This document shows positions 1-8,601 of a stretch of DNA of 64,000 bases, one piece after another (the first letter of the stretch is position 1; every line of letters begins with the position of its first letter). The stretch is from a virus. Location: IMG/VR virus record IMGVR_UViG_3300031857_000018, positions 1-64,000 of that record, one strand, 5' to 3'. The translations under genes and the position numbers were made by a program. Below the pieces are notes generated by a model. The model was not told the origin of the DNA. It made no database searches and saw nothing but the letters and a program-made list of their open reading frames with translations.

Positions 1-15
1 CTTGCTTTTTTCCAT
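1..15 (-). CDS. 5' end of a gene running off the window (MEKSK...)
   Basis: ATG at 15 preceded by AAAAGGTAAAA, 10 nt after the stop of the TGT-like gene; only 5 codons visible. Confidence 0.4.
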
Positions 16-24
16 TTTTACCTT

Positions 25-1275
25 TTAAAATTTAAAGAATTCTGCGAATTTATTTGCATCGGTCGTTGATATTGAATCTCCGCCGAATTTTTTATATGTT
101 TTTTTGTATTTTGAGTATACGTGCATTGCATTGTCTGGATCTGAGAACATATCGTGTAATGATAACACTACATTGAATAAATCAGTTGGAATAGCCGTTT
201 CTAACAATTCAACGTGGCTATCAACCATTTTATCAATATCATTTGCAATGTCTACATAAAGGTGCGTGTTGTGCACAACCATACGAGGCATACCTTCTTG
301 TGAATAACGGTCTAATCCGTCTACTGTCTGACCTCCTAGGTATTCATATGTAAAATCCTTACACGCCGGGCAATCTAGGCTACAAGGCACATGTTTTGTC
401 TTGTCAATTTCTACAGACTCTTTGCCTTTCTTGATATGCGTCTTTCTGCGATACTCTGCATTCTTTGGAAAATACAATTCTGTGAATGTTTGTGTTTTAT
501 AGTTACCTGAGTGCAGATATGTTCCATATACTGGATATTGACCCGGAGAAGAAGAATCTGTAGATAATTGCACTCTGCCTTTAGTCAAATCATTGAGCAA
601 TTTTTGCAAAGTTGATAAGATGAAGAAATCCGATATTTTTGAGATACCTAACAAGTGAATGTATTGCACATGGGGCTTTTCAAATTCGCGTTCCTGCAAC
701 ATTAGTGCAATCACATACATGAAATCTACTAGGCGCTTTGGACCTCCAATACACCAACCGTTAAAGTCAAAATCTTTGAACTTGTGGTACCAAGTGTTGT
801 ATTCTTCATTATATGTCCCCTGGATCACATTCAAGAATTTAGTTTTACCTGACTGATGCTTTTCAAACCACTTAAAGTTGTCAAAGGAAATATCCATTGA
901 ATCTTGAAAACGATTCTCAAAAGTAACACGAGGTGGAATATCCAAGTTTGCTGCTACATCGCTGTTTGCTTCTAGCCAATGGAATATCTTTTCTCGAATT
1001 GTGCTGTCCCATTTTAGTGCACCTGTAGCAATCTGGAATCCTCCAGAATCACCAAACACTAACACATCATCATCTAGCCCGATTTGCTGACGGAAATCCA
1101 TTTTCTTGTAATGGTGTCCTGCTGTGATTAGAAAATACGGGTGGCGCCATTCTTCTGGATAATCTTTTCCAAAAAATCGCATCGTAGTGCCATCTTCGAA
1201 TTTTGAATCCTTTTTGAAAGCAGATACCATCGATCCTGCTGACAGCGAAGGATAGTATATAAACTTTTTACTCAT
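25..1275 (-). CDS. dpdA: TGT-fold guanine transglycosylase, DpdA-like (7-deazaguanine insertion)
   Basis: VFGDSGGFQ catalytic motif, NLDIPP, NVIQG, HLLGIS, TDSSS, and a C-terminal Zn site CSLDCPAC...HN. Start placed at MSKK (1275), overlapping the upstream stop as TAATG; the ORF track starts at 1323. Confidence 0.8.
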   Translation of the reverse strand: MSKKFIYYPSLSAGSMVSAFKKDSKFEDGTTMRFFGKDYPEEWRHPYFLITAGHHYKKMDFRQQIGLDDDVLVFGDSGGFQIATGALKWDSTIREKIFHWLEANSDVAANLDIPPRVTFENRFQDSMDISFDNFKWFEKHQSGKTKFLNVIQGTYNEEYNTWYHKFKDFDFNGWCIGGPKRLVDFMYVIALMLQEREFEKPHVQYIHLLGISKISDFFILSTLQKLLNDLTKGRVQLSTDSSSPGQYPVYGTYLHSGNYKTQTFTELYFPKNAEYRRKTHIKKGKESVEIDKTKHVPCSLDCPACKDFTYEYLGGQTVDGLDRYSQEGMPRMVVHNTHLYVDIANDIDKMVDSHVELLETAIPTDLFNVVLSLHDMFSDPDNAMHVYSKYKKTYKKFGGDSISTTDANKFAEFFKF

Positions 1276-2444
1276 TATTTTTGTCCTTTTAATAAATGGG
1301 CACAATATTCTGCTTCGTGCCAAACGTTAATTTCTTGTGTGATATCATTTGCGATAATATATGCTTCCATTTGTCGTCCAATATCCGATATCTTTGCAAA
1401 GTTATATTTCTGCCCCCAATCTTTGCATACTATTTCTAACACATCAATTGCATTAGTCACATCAAATGGTCTATATAAACGATTCTCTGGAATAAATTCT
1501 GGGAATGATCTGAAATTTGGAAATACTACATCACAACCAAATGCGGTGGATTCTAATACGGTCCAAGACACATAATCTTGCAAGGATGAATTGAATTGCA
1601 ATTTTGCAGTTGCTAATTCTCGATAATATTCTTCTTTGGTAAGATTGCTTAGCAGTCGGAATCTAGGTTGTTCTGCTGCTAAGGCTTCCATTGCGTCAAT
1701 AACACCAGGTAGCATTGACTTGAATGACTTACCTGAGGTTGTTACATTCCAAACATACTCTTTGTTCCGTTCCAGGAACTGTTTTGCTACTTCAAGCATA
1801 AAGAACGGATTCTTTTCTTTGTCTAGACGGCTTGAATATACTACTTTGTTTTCGCGTGGGGCAAACCAATCAAATCCAGGCAATTTTGCATGTGTCATAT
1901 CTAAATGCAATGGCAATGATACAACATGTATTGGTGCTTCAAATCCTGCTTGTCGTAATTGATCTCGGTGAATTGTGGAACCTACAAAGATTCCTGTCAT
2001 TCGCGTATCAAGGCCCAATTCAAACCCTCGCATCCATTTACGCATTGGCCAAGTAAAATCATATTCGTCTACACTTTGTGCATGTAGCATTGCATAAATT
2101 TTAATGTTGATACCGTAAAGATCCAATGCATATAATATTGACTCGATTCCTGGGTGCCAATAATCTTGCAAGAAGATGATGTCACCATCTTTGACTTGGT
2201 CTGTATTCAACATGTCCAAGAACGTGCTGCATTGTGACATTGCAAATTTACCTCTGCCCACTGCATCTAATACTGCACCTACCTTAATTTGTTGATCAGG
2301 ATCAAACTCTCCTGCAACATCAATAAATTTTAATTGACCTGCGGCTTCATATGGAGCAAAGGTTGCTGGCATCCATTCCTTACTCAACTGGTAAGTATAA
2401 CGAGCTTTAAGTGGCTCTAATCCAAAATAAAATAAGTTTCTCAT
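1275..2444 (-). CDS. GT-B (GT4-like) glycosyltransferase
   Basis: VVYSSRLDKEKN and FNSSLQDYVSWTVLESTAFGCDVVFP match the GT-B C-terminal donor-binding signature. Confidence 0.8.
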   Translation of the reverse strand: MRNLFYFGLEPLKARYTYQLSKEWMPATFAPYEAAGQLKFIDVAGEFDPDQQIKVGAVLDAVGRGKFAMSQCSTFLDMLNTDQVKDGDIIFLQDYWHPGIESILYALDLYGINIKIYAMLHAQSVDEYDFTWPMRKWMRGFELGLDTRMTGIFVGSTIHRDQLRQAGFEAPIHVVSLPLHLDMTHAKLPGFDWFAPRENKVVYSSRLDKEKNPFFMLEVAKQFLERNKEYVWNVTTSGKSFKSMLPGVIDAMEALAAEQPRFRLLSNLTKEEYYRELATAKLQFNSSLQDYVSWTVLESTAFGCDVVFPNFRSFPEFIPENRLYRPFDVTNAIDVLEIVCKDWGQKYNFAKISDIGRQMEAYIIANDITQEINVWHEAEYCAHLLKGQK

Positions 2445-2797
2445 CTTTCTATAATTGCTCCGTTTTCATTATCTTCCCAAACTTCTACTTTATATAATGC
2501 AGGAAAAAATTCTAACAACCATTCTCCAATATCCTCACAACTCATTCTACCAAACTCTAATATGTTTGTTTCAGAACTAGTAAATCCTATTCGAAGAGCT
2601 TTTTGTATTTTTCGATTCAACAAAATAAATTCTTCATCTCTATCAGTATGTGTTACCGACGCATAGCATTTAAAATGAAACATATGACGATGTCTATCTG
2701 ATAAGAATGCTACTTCTGGAAACACATCTTTAGCTTCTGGCCAACAATGGAATCCTTCAATATTAAATGTTACTACTACGCTGTACTTCATCTGCAA
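2441..2797 (-). CDS. dpdL: QueD-like T-fold protein, DpdL-like (predicted 7-carboxy-7-deazaguanine decarboxylase)
   Basis: LSDRHRHMF fits the LxxxHRHxF signature as I recall it for DpdL; T-fold features EGFH, EF, SCE, VWEDNENGA. Confidence 0.7.
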   Translation of the reverse strand: MQMKYSVVVTFNIEGFHCWPEAKDVFPEVAFLSDRHRHMFHFKCYASVTHTDRDEEFILLNRKIQKALRIGFTSSETNILEFGRMSCEDIGEWLLEFFPALYKVEVWEDNENGAIIER

Positions 2798-3179
2798 TTA
2801 ATTTTTTAAATTTAGTGGTTGACCAACCATGGTCTCTGTTTATATAATGAATTGGAATATCCAATTGATCACCTGTAAATGATTTACCTACGTAATCATC
2901 GCCTAGGAATCTTACTGCTGGGTTTATTGATTTTAACAACTCCAATAAGTCAGCTTCTGTATTATATGGGCTAACCCAATCTATCATTCGTAAACTTGAA
3001 AGAATTTTATATCGATCTTCAAGTGATAAAATTGGTTTCAATTTATGTGGTCGTTCGGCACTTGGGTCAACATGTAGTAACACAATAAAATGATCGCAGT
3101 TTGCTTTACATTCTTCAAACATATGAATGTAGCCTGGATGTATAACATCAAAGTTACCAGCAATTACTCCTACTTTCAT
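2763..3179 (-). CDS. TagD/RfaE-like cytidylyltransferase (HIGH superfamily)
   Basis: IAGNFDVIHPGY (HxGH variant), RFLGDDY, RDHGWSTT. Confidence 0.85.
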   Translation of the reverse strand: MKVGVIAGNFDVIHPGYIHMFEECKANCDHFIVLLHVDPSAERPHKLKPILSLEDRYKILSSLRMIDWVSPYNTEADLLELLKSINPAVRFLGDDYVGKSFTGDQLDIPIHYINRDHGWSTTKFKKLIADEVQRSSNI

Positions 3180-3622
3180 AGTTCCTCGTCAAATTTATAG
3201 TTATCTGGATTGATTTCCATCATGTTACACTTGGTAATCTGATGCACTCGATACCAACCAGCATCTACACTGAACGTATCGGTGTCTTTTAGCAGTTGTA
3301 CTGCATCATCTTGTACTCGATAGATAATGTGGCATCTGTTAAACAGATCCGGGGGCAAGTTCTTAATAGTGCTCGAATTTGCTTCTAAAGTAACCACACA
3401 ATTAGTATCGTCAAGAATTTCACGAATTGCATCAACCATCATTGAAGAATAATTATCTTTGCGTAACATCGCCATAACATATTCAATTGTAAAATAATAA
3501 TGAGGATAATCGCGAAGATCATCTACATTGATACCATCTCCTAACTCCCTGACAAAGTATGTCATGATGTCAGAATAGCGACCTTCTACTTCTTTGCCGC
3601 GCCATTGTTGTTTGCCGTACAT
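3176..3622 (-). CDS. hypothetical protein, first gene of the modification operon
   Basis: 148-aa ORF, ATGA overlap with the cytidylyltransferase, preceded by a promoter-like motif. Confidence 0.75.
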   Translation of the reverse strand: MYGKQQWRGKEVEGRYSDIMTYFVRELGDGINVDDLRDYPHYYFTIEYVMAMLRKDNYSSMMVDAIREILDDTNCVVTLEANSSTIKNLPPDLFNRCHIIYRVQDDAVQLLKDTDTFSVDAGWYRVHQITKCNMMEINPDNYKFDEEL

Positions 3623-3636
3623 ATATTTTTTTATTT

Positions 3637-3665
3637 ATTATAAGAAATTTATCGATATTATCCAA
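3637..3665 (-). promoter_or_regulatory. early/middle-type promoter TTGGAT-N17-TATAAT
   Basis: one of 8 similar elements with a 17-nt spacer upstream of minus-strand starts. Confidence 0.65.
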
Positions 3666-6168
3666 ATGAAAAGAATTTCTTTGCATTGTTATTTTCTGGT
3701 AATGAACCCCACCCCATAGCTGCATAAAAGTCATCAAACTTGTTGCTAAGGTCAGATGTGAACATTTTATTGTGGTCTAGATACTGGGCTGCGAATGCTA
3801 CTAGCTCAGGTGGATCCTGATACCCGCGCAATGCTAATGTTTCAAACCCATATGGATTATTCAACATGTAACCCCATTTAATCTTTTCTCCGTCTGATAT
3901 TGGCAATACATCTGTTGTTAGTGTAGATAGCATATCATTGAAATTGATTGCTGCTTTTGCATGTGCGGTGGTACCCTTTTGGAATCCTGTGAATGTTTTT
4001 CTGCCTTTAATATATTTAGACAGTTCCTTAACACTTGAATTCTTCATCACATTCAATACTTCTGACTTGCGAATATTGTTTTTGAAATCATGTATCAGTG
4101 TAGATGTGTCTTGCTTGTTGCGTCCCTTAAGAATGTACCACAATGTTTCTTTCATGATCTTTTTGAAATCCTCCGGGAAACTTGATCTTACGACATCTAA
4201 TCCTTTTACATCCAATTTATCCGTAGGTTTGCCTTCTTTGAAAATAACCCATTGGGCATATCTTTTCTTTGCGATCCACAAACCAGATTTAGCAATGTAT
4301 TCCTGCTTAATTTGGAATCGGTGTGTGTCTGTATTGTGTAATACTTTTGCATATTGATTGTACATGGTGTTTACCGTTTGCTGTATCTCAGATGCAATTG
4401 CATTTGTTTGTTCAATCATGAACTGTTCGTCTTCCGTGTCACAGCCCGGGAAGCGATGTCGAATTAGTGGCTCACTGCTACAGAAAGTTGAATCTGTATC
4501 GGTATAAAATGCAAATTCTGCTTTGCCACCTGATGCATTGATAAAATGATCGGTACCTAATTCTTTTGTATATTGATTGTTAATAACCTTTGCTGAGAAC
4601 TTGATAATACTCTGCCCGGTTGCTGTAATTGCTCCGGCATTATCTAAATCATGGAAGCGGAATGTTTTGAGTCCTAATACTCCATAAAATGAATTGAGCA
4701 ATACTTTCTGCGTTAACTGCATTGCATCATAAAATTTATACTCTTCAGAACCAACAGCAAATGTATCTCGTTTATCTTTAAATATAACACGTTCATCAAA
4801 CCATTTCTCCAGGATCGTCGGTAAGAATCCTCGCTGATCATTTCGATACACTGCGCCGTTGCTGGCAACAGAATAATTGTGGTCTACCAACCAACGTTTA
4901 ACGTCTTGAATATATGTGCCATCAATGAACTGCACTTGTGTTGATTCGGACTTTAACAAGCATTCTTCATTCCAATCTTTGATAACCGTTACTTTGGTTT
5001 CTGGTGAAATGTTTAGTGTCATGATGATGCTTGGATACAGTGATGTTAAGTCCAAGTCATATATCCATTTGTATAAGCCCGGGACAGGTGCCATTACATA
5101 TGCTCCTGCTAACACATCATCCACTGATTCATCTTCTACGAAACGGAACTGCTTGTTTGGTGCCACAAATCCATTGCGTTTCAAATCCACAATAGCAGCA
5201 CCGTCTAGATACTTGGATGCATAATATACATCTTCATATGGAACGTGTCCTTTATGACATATGGTGCGAGCCAAACTGATTAATTGTAGTTTATCATCTA
5301 ACTCATAAACCAAGTCTGTATCCGTCATGTTGTAATATGCAAACTTGTGAATATCCTGAGTAAACAAGGTATCCAAATCGCCATCGTATTCAACTTTGCC
5401 GCGGCCTAACTCTTTTTTAGCAACTGTGTCTAATCGATAGTTAGGAAGTTCTGAGTACGTGAAGTTTTTGTATAATTTCAAGTAATCTAAACTAGATACA
5501 CCAAAAATCTTCCATTTTTCCTTTTTAGGATTGTAATCCACAATTCCAGCCGGACTTAGTTTCCTAATTGCTTGTGCTCCTAACACTTTCTTAGATCGTC
5601 CTAACAAATATGGAATATCATATCCATCTGTATTCCAACCTGTAATTACTGTGGGTTGAATTTCGGCAAATTTGTTAATAAATCTAGTTAAAAGATCTCT
5701 TTCATCGCGAAATATTTCTAGAACATAACCATCGCCTTGAATTTCACGTTCTTTTATGCGATTCTGTTCATCTAATATAAGTACCCTGCGGTCATTACCT
5801 GTTTTATCAAAGTATGCAATAGATGTTATAGCAGTGCGTACATCTTGTATAGTGCTATATCCGTTTTCATCCTTTGCTGTTTCAATATCGAAGAAGAAAT
5901 CGCGGTGACCTTTAGACACCATGTCCGAATCATAGTACAAATCAATCAGTGTTCGTACTTCTTCATTTATATCGGATTCATATGATTTTGGATTATCTTT
6001 GTGATTGCCGGGAACCTTAGTTAATTTAGTTCCGTCTAATGATTGATAATCTCCGTCTGCTGCTGGTAAATATGCATATGGCTGAAATGGAAATTTCTGA
6101 TGACCTACTTCATCATCCCACACGTGCATTATACCGTTTTTGCGGTCATAACCTATTGATTGATACAT
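3658..6168 (-). CDS. family B DNA polymerase (gp43-like) with 3'-5' exonuclease
   Basis: FDIET, GWNTDGYD, YNMTD exonuclease motifs; DLTSLYPSII, KVLLNSFYG, YTDTDS, KKRY polymerase motifs. Confidence 0.97.
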   Translation of the reverse strand: MYQSIGYDRKNGIMHVWDDEVGHQKFPFQPYAYLPAADGDYQSLDGTKLTKVPGNHKDNPKSYESDINEEVRTLIDLYYDSDMVSKGHRDFFFDIETAKDENGYSTIQDVRTAITSIAYFDKTGNDRRVLILDEQNRIKEREIQGDGYVLEIFRDERDLLTRFINKFAEIQPTVITGWNTDGYDIPYLLGRSKKVLGAQAIRKLSPAGIVDYNPKKEKWKIFGVSSLDYLKLYKNFTYSELPNYRLDTVAKKELGRGKVEYDGDLDTLFTQDIHKFAYYNMTDTDLVYELDDKLQLISLARTICHKGHVPYEDVYYASKYLDGAAIVDLKRNGFVAPNKQFRFVEDESVDDVLAGAYVMAPVPGLYKWIYDLDLTSLYPSIIMTLNISPETKVTVIKDWNEECLLKSESTQVQFIDGTYIQDVKRWLVDHNYSVASNGAVYRNDQRGFLPTILEKWFDERVIFKDKRDTFAVGSEEYKFYDAMQLTQKVLLNSFYGVLGLKTFRFHDLDNAGAITATGQSIIKFSAKVINNQYTKELGTDHFINASGGKAEFAFYTDTDSTFCSSEPLIRHRFPGCDTEDEQFMIEQTNAIASEIQQTVNTMYNQYAKVLHNTDTHRFQIKQEYIAKSGLWIAKKRYAQWVIFKEGKPTDKLDVKGLDVVRSSFPEDFKKIMKETLWYILKGRNKQDTSTLIHDFKNNIRKSEVLNVMKNSSVKELSKYIKGRKTFTGFQKGTTAHAKAAINFNDMLSTLTTDVLPISDGEKIKWGYMLNNPYGFETLALRGYQDPPELVAFAAQYLDHNKMFTSDLSNKFDDFYAAMGWGSLPENNNAKKFFSFG

Positions 6169-6389
6169 TTATTTGTCTTTTGATAACGGTGTATACCGTA
6201 AATGTTTATTGCTATTATAACGATGCCAAGCACTAGGTGACTCATGTTGTGAATGTAGATATCATACACTATCCAACCGGCATCTCCAATAATCCACCAG
6301 ACCAAAGCTGGTAGAAAATGTCCGCGGGCATTGACAATGAAACCAATCAATACCAATGCCGTGCAGACCCACCCTAATGCTTCAATCAT
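6153..6389 (-). CDS. small 3-TM membrane protein, PnuC/SemiSWEET-like half transporter
   Basis: three hydrophobic segments; WIIGDAGWIVY and NIYG pattern. Confidence 0.5.
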   Translation of the reverse strand: MIEALGWVCTALVLIGFIVNARGHFLPALVWWIIGDAGWIVYDIYIHNMSHLVLGIVIIAINIYGIHRYQKTNKCINQ

Positions 6390-6685
6390 GCTTCTGTATT
6401 TATCATCGCAATCTCATGCTCGCGAATCAAAATAAATTCAGTGTCTCCTAGTTGGACTTTCTTTTGTGACCCCATGTTACCAGAATACACTTTTACTCGG
6501 TCTCCAGCTTTAACTGTCATTGGTATTCTGTTGCCTGTTTGTGTGAATAAACCATCTCCTGCTGCAATTACATCACATTCAACATATTCATCCATACCTG
6601 CCATCATGATGATGCCACTTTTTGTTTTTTCTTGCTTTTCAAGCTGCTTAAGTAGCACTTGATCTCCAATTGGTTTCCAATTCAT
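6386..6685 (-). CDS. groES: co-chaperonin GroES
   Basis: KPIGDQVLLK, TKSGII, AAGDG, VKAGDRV, LIREHEI. Confidence 0.93.
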   Translation of the reverse strand: MNWKPIGDQVLLKQLEKQEKTKSGIIMMAGMDEYVECDVIAAGDGLFTQTGNRIPMTVKAGDRVKVYSGNMGSQKKVQLGDTEFILIREHEIAMINTEA

Positions 6686-6697
6686 AACTTATTCCTT

Positions 6698-6946
6698 TTA
6701 TTTATTATACAAATTTGTAACTGTGTCTTTGGTAATGCCAGTTCCTACTAATCTACCTAATTCTACTCCATTTTTAATTACAATTACTGTTGGAATAGAT
6801 CGCACATTCCATGTTTTACATGTTTCTGCACTTGCATCGGCATCGATGAATGTAATTGACATTTGTGATTGTAACTGTTGCATCATCGGCTTTATCATTT
6901 TGCAAGGACCGCACCACTCTGCTGAAAAATATAATACTTGTTTCAT
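6698..6946 (-). CDS. trxA: thioredoxin
   Basis: FSAEWCGPCK, VRSIPT. Confidence 0.95.
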   Translation of the reverse strand: MKQVLYFSAEWCGPCKMIKPMMQQLQSQMSITFIDADASAETCKTWNVRSIPTVIVIKNGVELGRLVGTGITKDTVTNLYNK

Positions 6947-6954
6947 CTCGTTAT

Positions 6955-6983
6955 AATATAATTAATTTTAACATTGTTTCCAA
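6955..6983 (-). promoter_or_regulatory. early/middle-type promoter TTGGAA-N17-TATATT
   Basis: intergenic, upstream of the thioredoxin-groES-polB run. Confidence 0.6.
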
Positions 6984-7006
6984 ATGTCGTTGTTGTGTTC
7001 CACATC

Positions 7007-7795
7007 TTATACTCCTCGTTTAGTGTCAAATGCAATGATATGATCTCTACCTGTCATGTTGTAGCCTCGTTCGGCACACATATCGAATACCAATGGATAC
7101 ATCTTGATAAGCTCTTCTCGGGTGTCACCAGCTGGCATAATATAGGTCTTTTCTTTCGGAATGTCAAGGATTTGTCTCACTTCTTCAATCTCATTTAGAT
7201 TCTTCTCAGTACCATCCCATACTGGCTTGAAATGATAATCTGAATGAAAGTTAATCATTGAATTCATTGCAGTTAGATTCATTCTAAACTTGTTATGTTG
7301 TCTAACCATCTTTTCATCGGTAATATCACCCTGTGGTGTGGGCGTTCCCAATACGGGAATACTATTTGAAAACTTAGGGCTAAGAGATATAAGGCCGATA
7401 GGATAATCGGTCTCAATAAAATGCGAGCCTTCAGTTTCGATCGTAATGAGAATGTCTCGTTCATGTGCAAAATGAGTAAGTTCATTTACCAATGCTGGAT
7501 GCATTGTCGGAGAACCGCCCGTCAACATCATTTCTTTGATATGCGGATTTTCATCGTATATCTTAATGATATCATTAAATGTAAATTGTCCTTTTTCTGG
7601 GTGTATACTTGTGTACCAGGAGTCGCACCAACCACCTTCACCAAAATAGCATCGGTGAGTGCAGCCTGTAGTGCGAACTGCGATTGTAGGTCTACCAAAG
7701 CGCGAACCTTCGGATTGCACACATCGATACAATTCTACAATTGGAAGTGTCTTAGTATAATCTGTAATTCTTTTGTTAGAAGGGGAGGTCGTCAT
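7007..7795 (-). CDS. queE: 7-carboxy-7-deazaguanine synthase QueE (radical SAM)
   Basis: VQSEGSRFGRP, VRTTGC, WCDS, LTGGSP, TIETEGS, SLSPK. Start uncertain (7795-7825). Confidence 0.9.
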   Translation of the reverse strand: MTTSPSNKRITDYTKTLPIVELYRCVQSEGSRFGRPTIAVRTTGCTHRCYFGEGGWCDSWYTSIHPEKGQFTFNDIIKIYDENPHIKEMMLTGGSPTMHPALVNELTHFAHERDILITIETEGSHFIETDYPIGLISLSPKFSNSIPVLGTPTPQGDITDEKMVRQHNKFRMNLTAMNSMINFHSDYHFKPVWDGTEKNLNEIEEVRQILDIPKEKTYIMPAGDTREELIKMYPLVFDMCAERGYNMTGRDHIIAFDTKRGV

Positions 7796-8174
7796 CGGTA
7801 TCATGCTCATTACTATTGGTAACATTGTCTAATTTCTTAATTAATTCTGCAAACTGCTTTTCTATAGCTTCTAATCGACCTAACAGATAGATTAAATCGC
7901 TAGAAGGTGGAGTTGTTGTTGTCTGAACGGTAGGTGTCTCTTTACCAAAATATTCATCTAAGAATGATATTGGATATGTTGCTACTCGATTATATTCTTC
8001 ACGTTGCCGTTCTGCTGGTAAATCAGCATAAATAACATGAATGCCTTTCTCCTTAGCTGCATTGTATACTTTTTGTCCTATGCCGGTTTCCCGGGATGAT
8101 TGTCCTCGATAATCGTATAAGGATACATATTGTTCATTACTCTTCATAACTTGCTGAGTTTCGTTCGTGTTCAT
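7776..8174 (-). CDS. hypothetical protein with an acidic DDDLPF C-terminus
   Basis: fills the queD-queE gap; start may be MKSNE at 8147. Confidence 0.7.
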   Translation of the reverse strand: MNTNETQQVMKSNEQYVSLYDYRGQSSRETGIGQKVYNAAKEKGIHVIYADLPAERQREEYNRVATYPISFLDEYFGKETPTVQTTTTPPSSDLIYLLGRLEAIEKQFAELIKKLDNVTNSNEHDTDDDLPF

Positions 8175-8601
8175 ATACTTCTACTTTTGTAGCTCGTACT
8201 CTGTTATCAGTTTCTAATTCAAGAAAAGCATTGATATTATCATATAAATATTCTGCAAATCTTTCACAACCAGTTGCTGGTAATATTCGTAATTGTATGA
8301 TACCTTCTACATCCATTTGTTTAAATAAAGTTAAATGAGGATCATCTTCAGCTATGATTGTAGTATGGTCTAGTAGGTATGCAAAATAATCTTTTGGAGA
8401 CATACCATTCATTTTAGTCTTTGCTCTTTTCATACCTCCAAAGTCAAACACCCAGTTGCGATGATCTAGATCACCTTCAAACCATACTCGAAATGATACT
8501 GCGTAACCATGCAGGAAACGACAATGAGTACCATCTGCTCGCCATTGACGGAAACATGTTGAGTAACCATCAAATAATTTTGTGCTGCTATATTTTGCCA
8601 T
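8137..8601 (-). CDS. queD: 6-carboxy-5,6,7,8-tetrahydropterin synthase QueD
   Basis: HCRFLHGY, WVFDFG, LDH, GCERFA, VYEHERNSA; lies between folE and queE. Confidence 0.88.
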   Translation of the reverse strand: MAKYSSTKLFDGYSTCFRQWRADGTHCRFLHGYAVSFRVWFEGDLDHRNWVFDFGGMKRAKTKMNGMSPKDYFAYLLDHTTIIAEDDPHLTLFKQMDVEGIIQLRILPATGCERFAEYLYDNINAFLELETDNRVRATKVEVYEHERNSASYEE

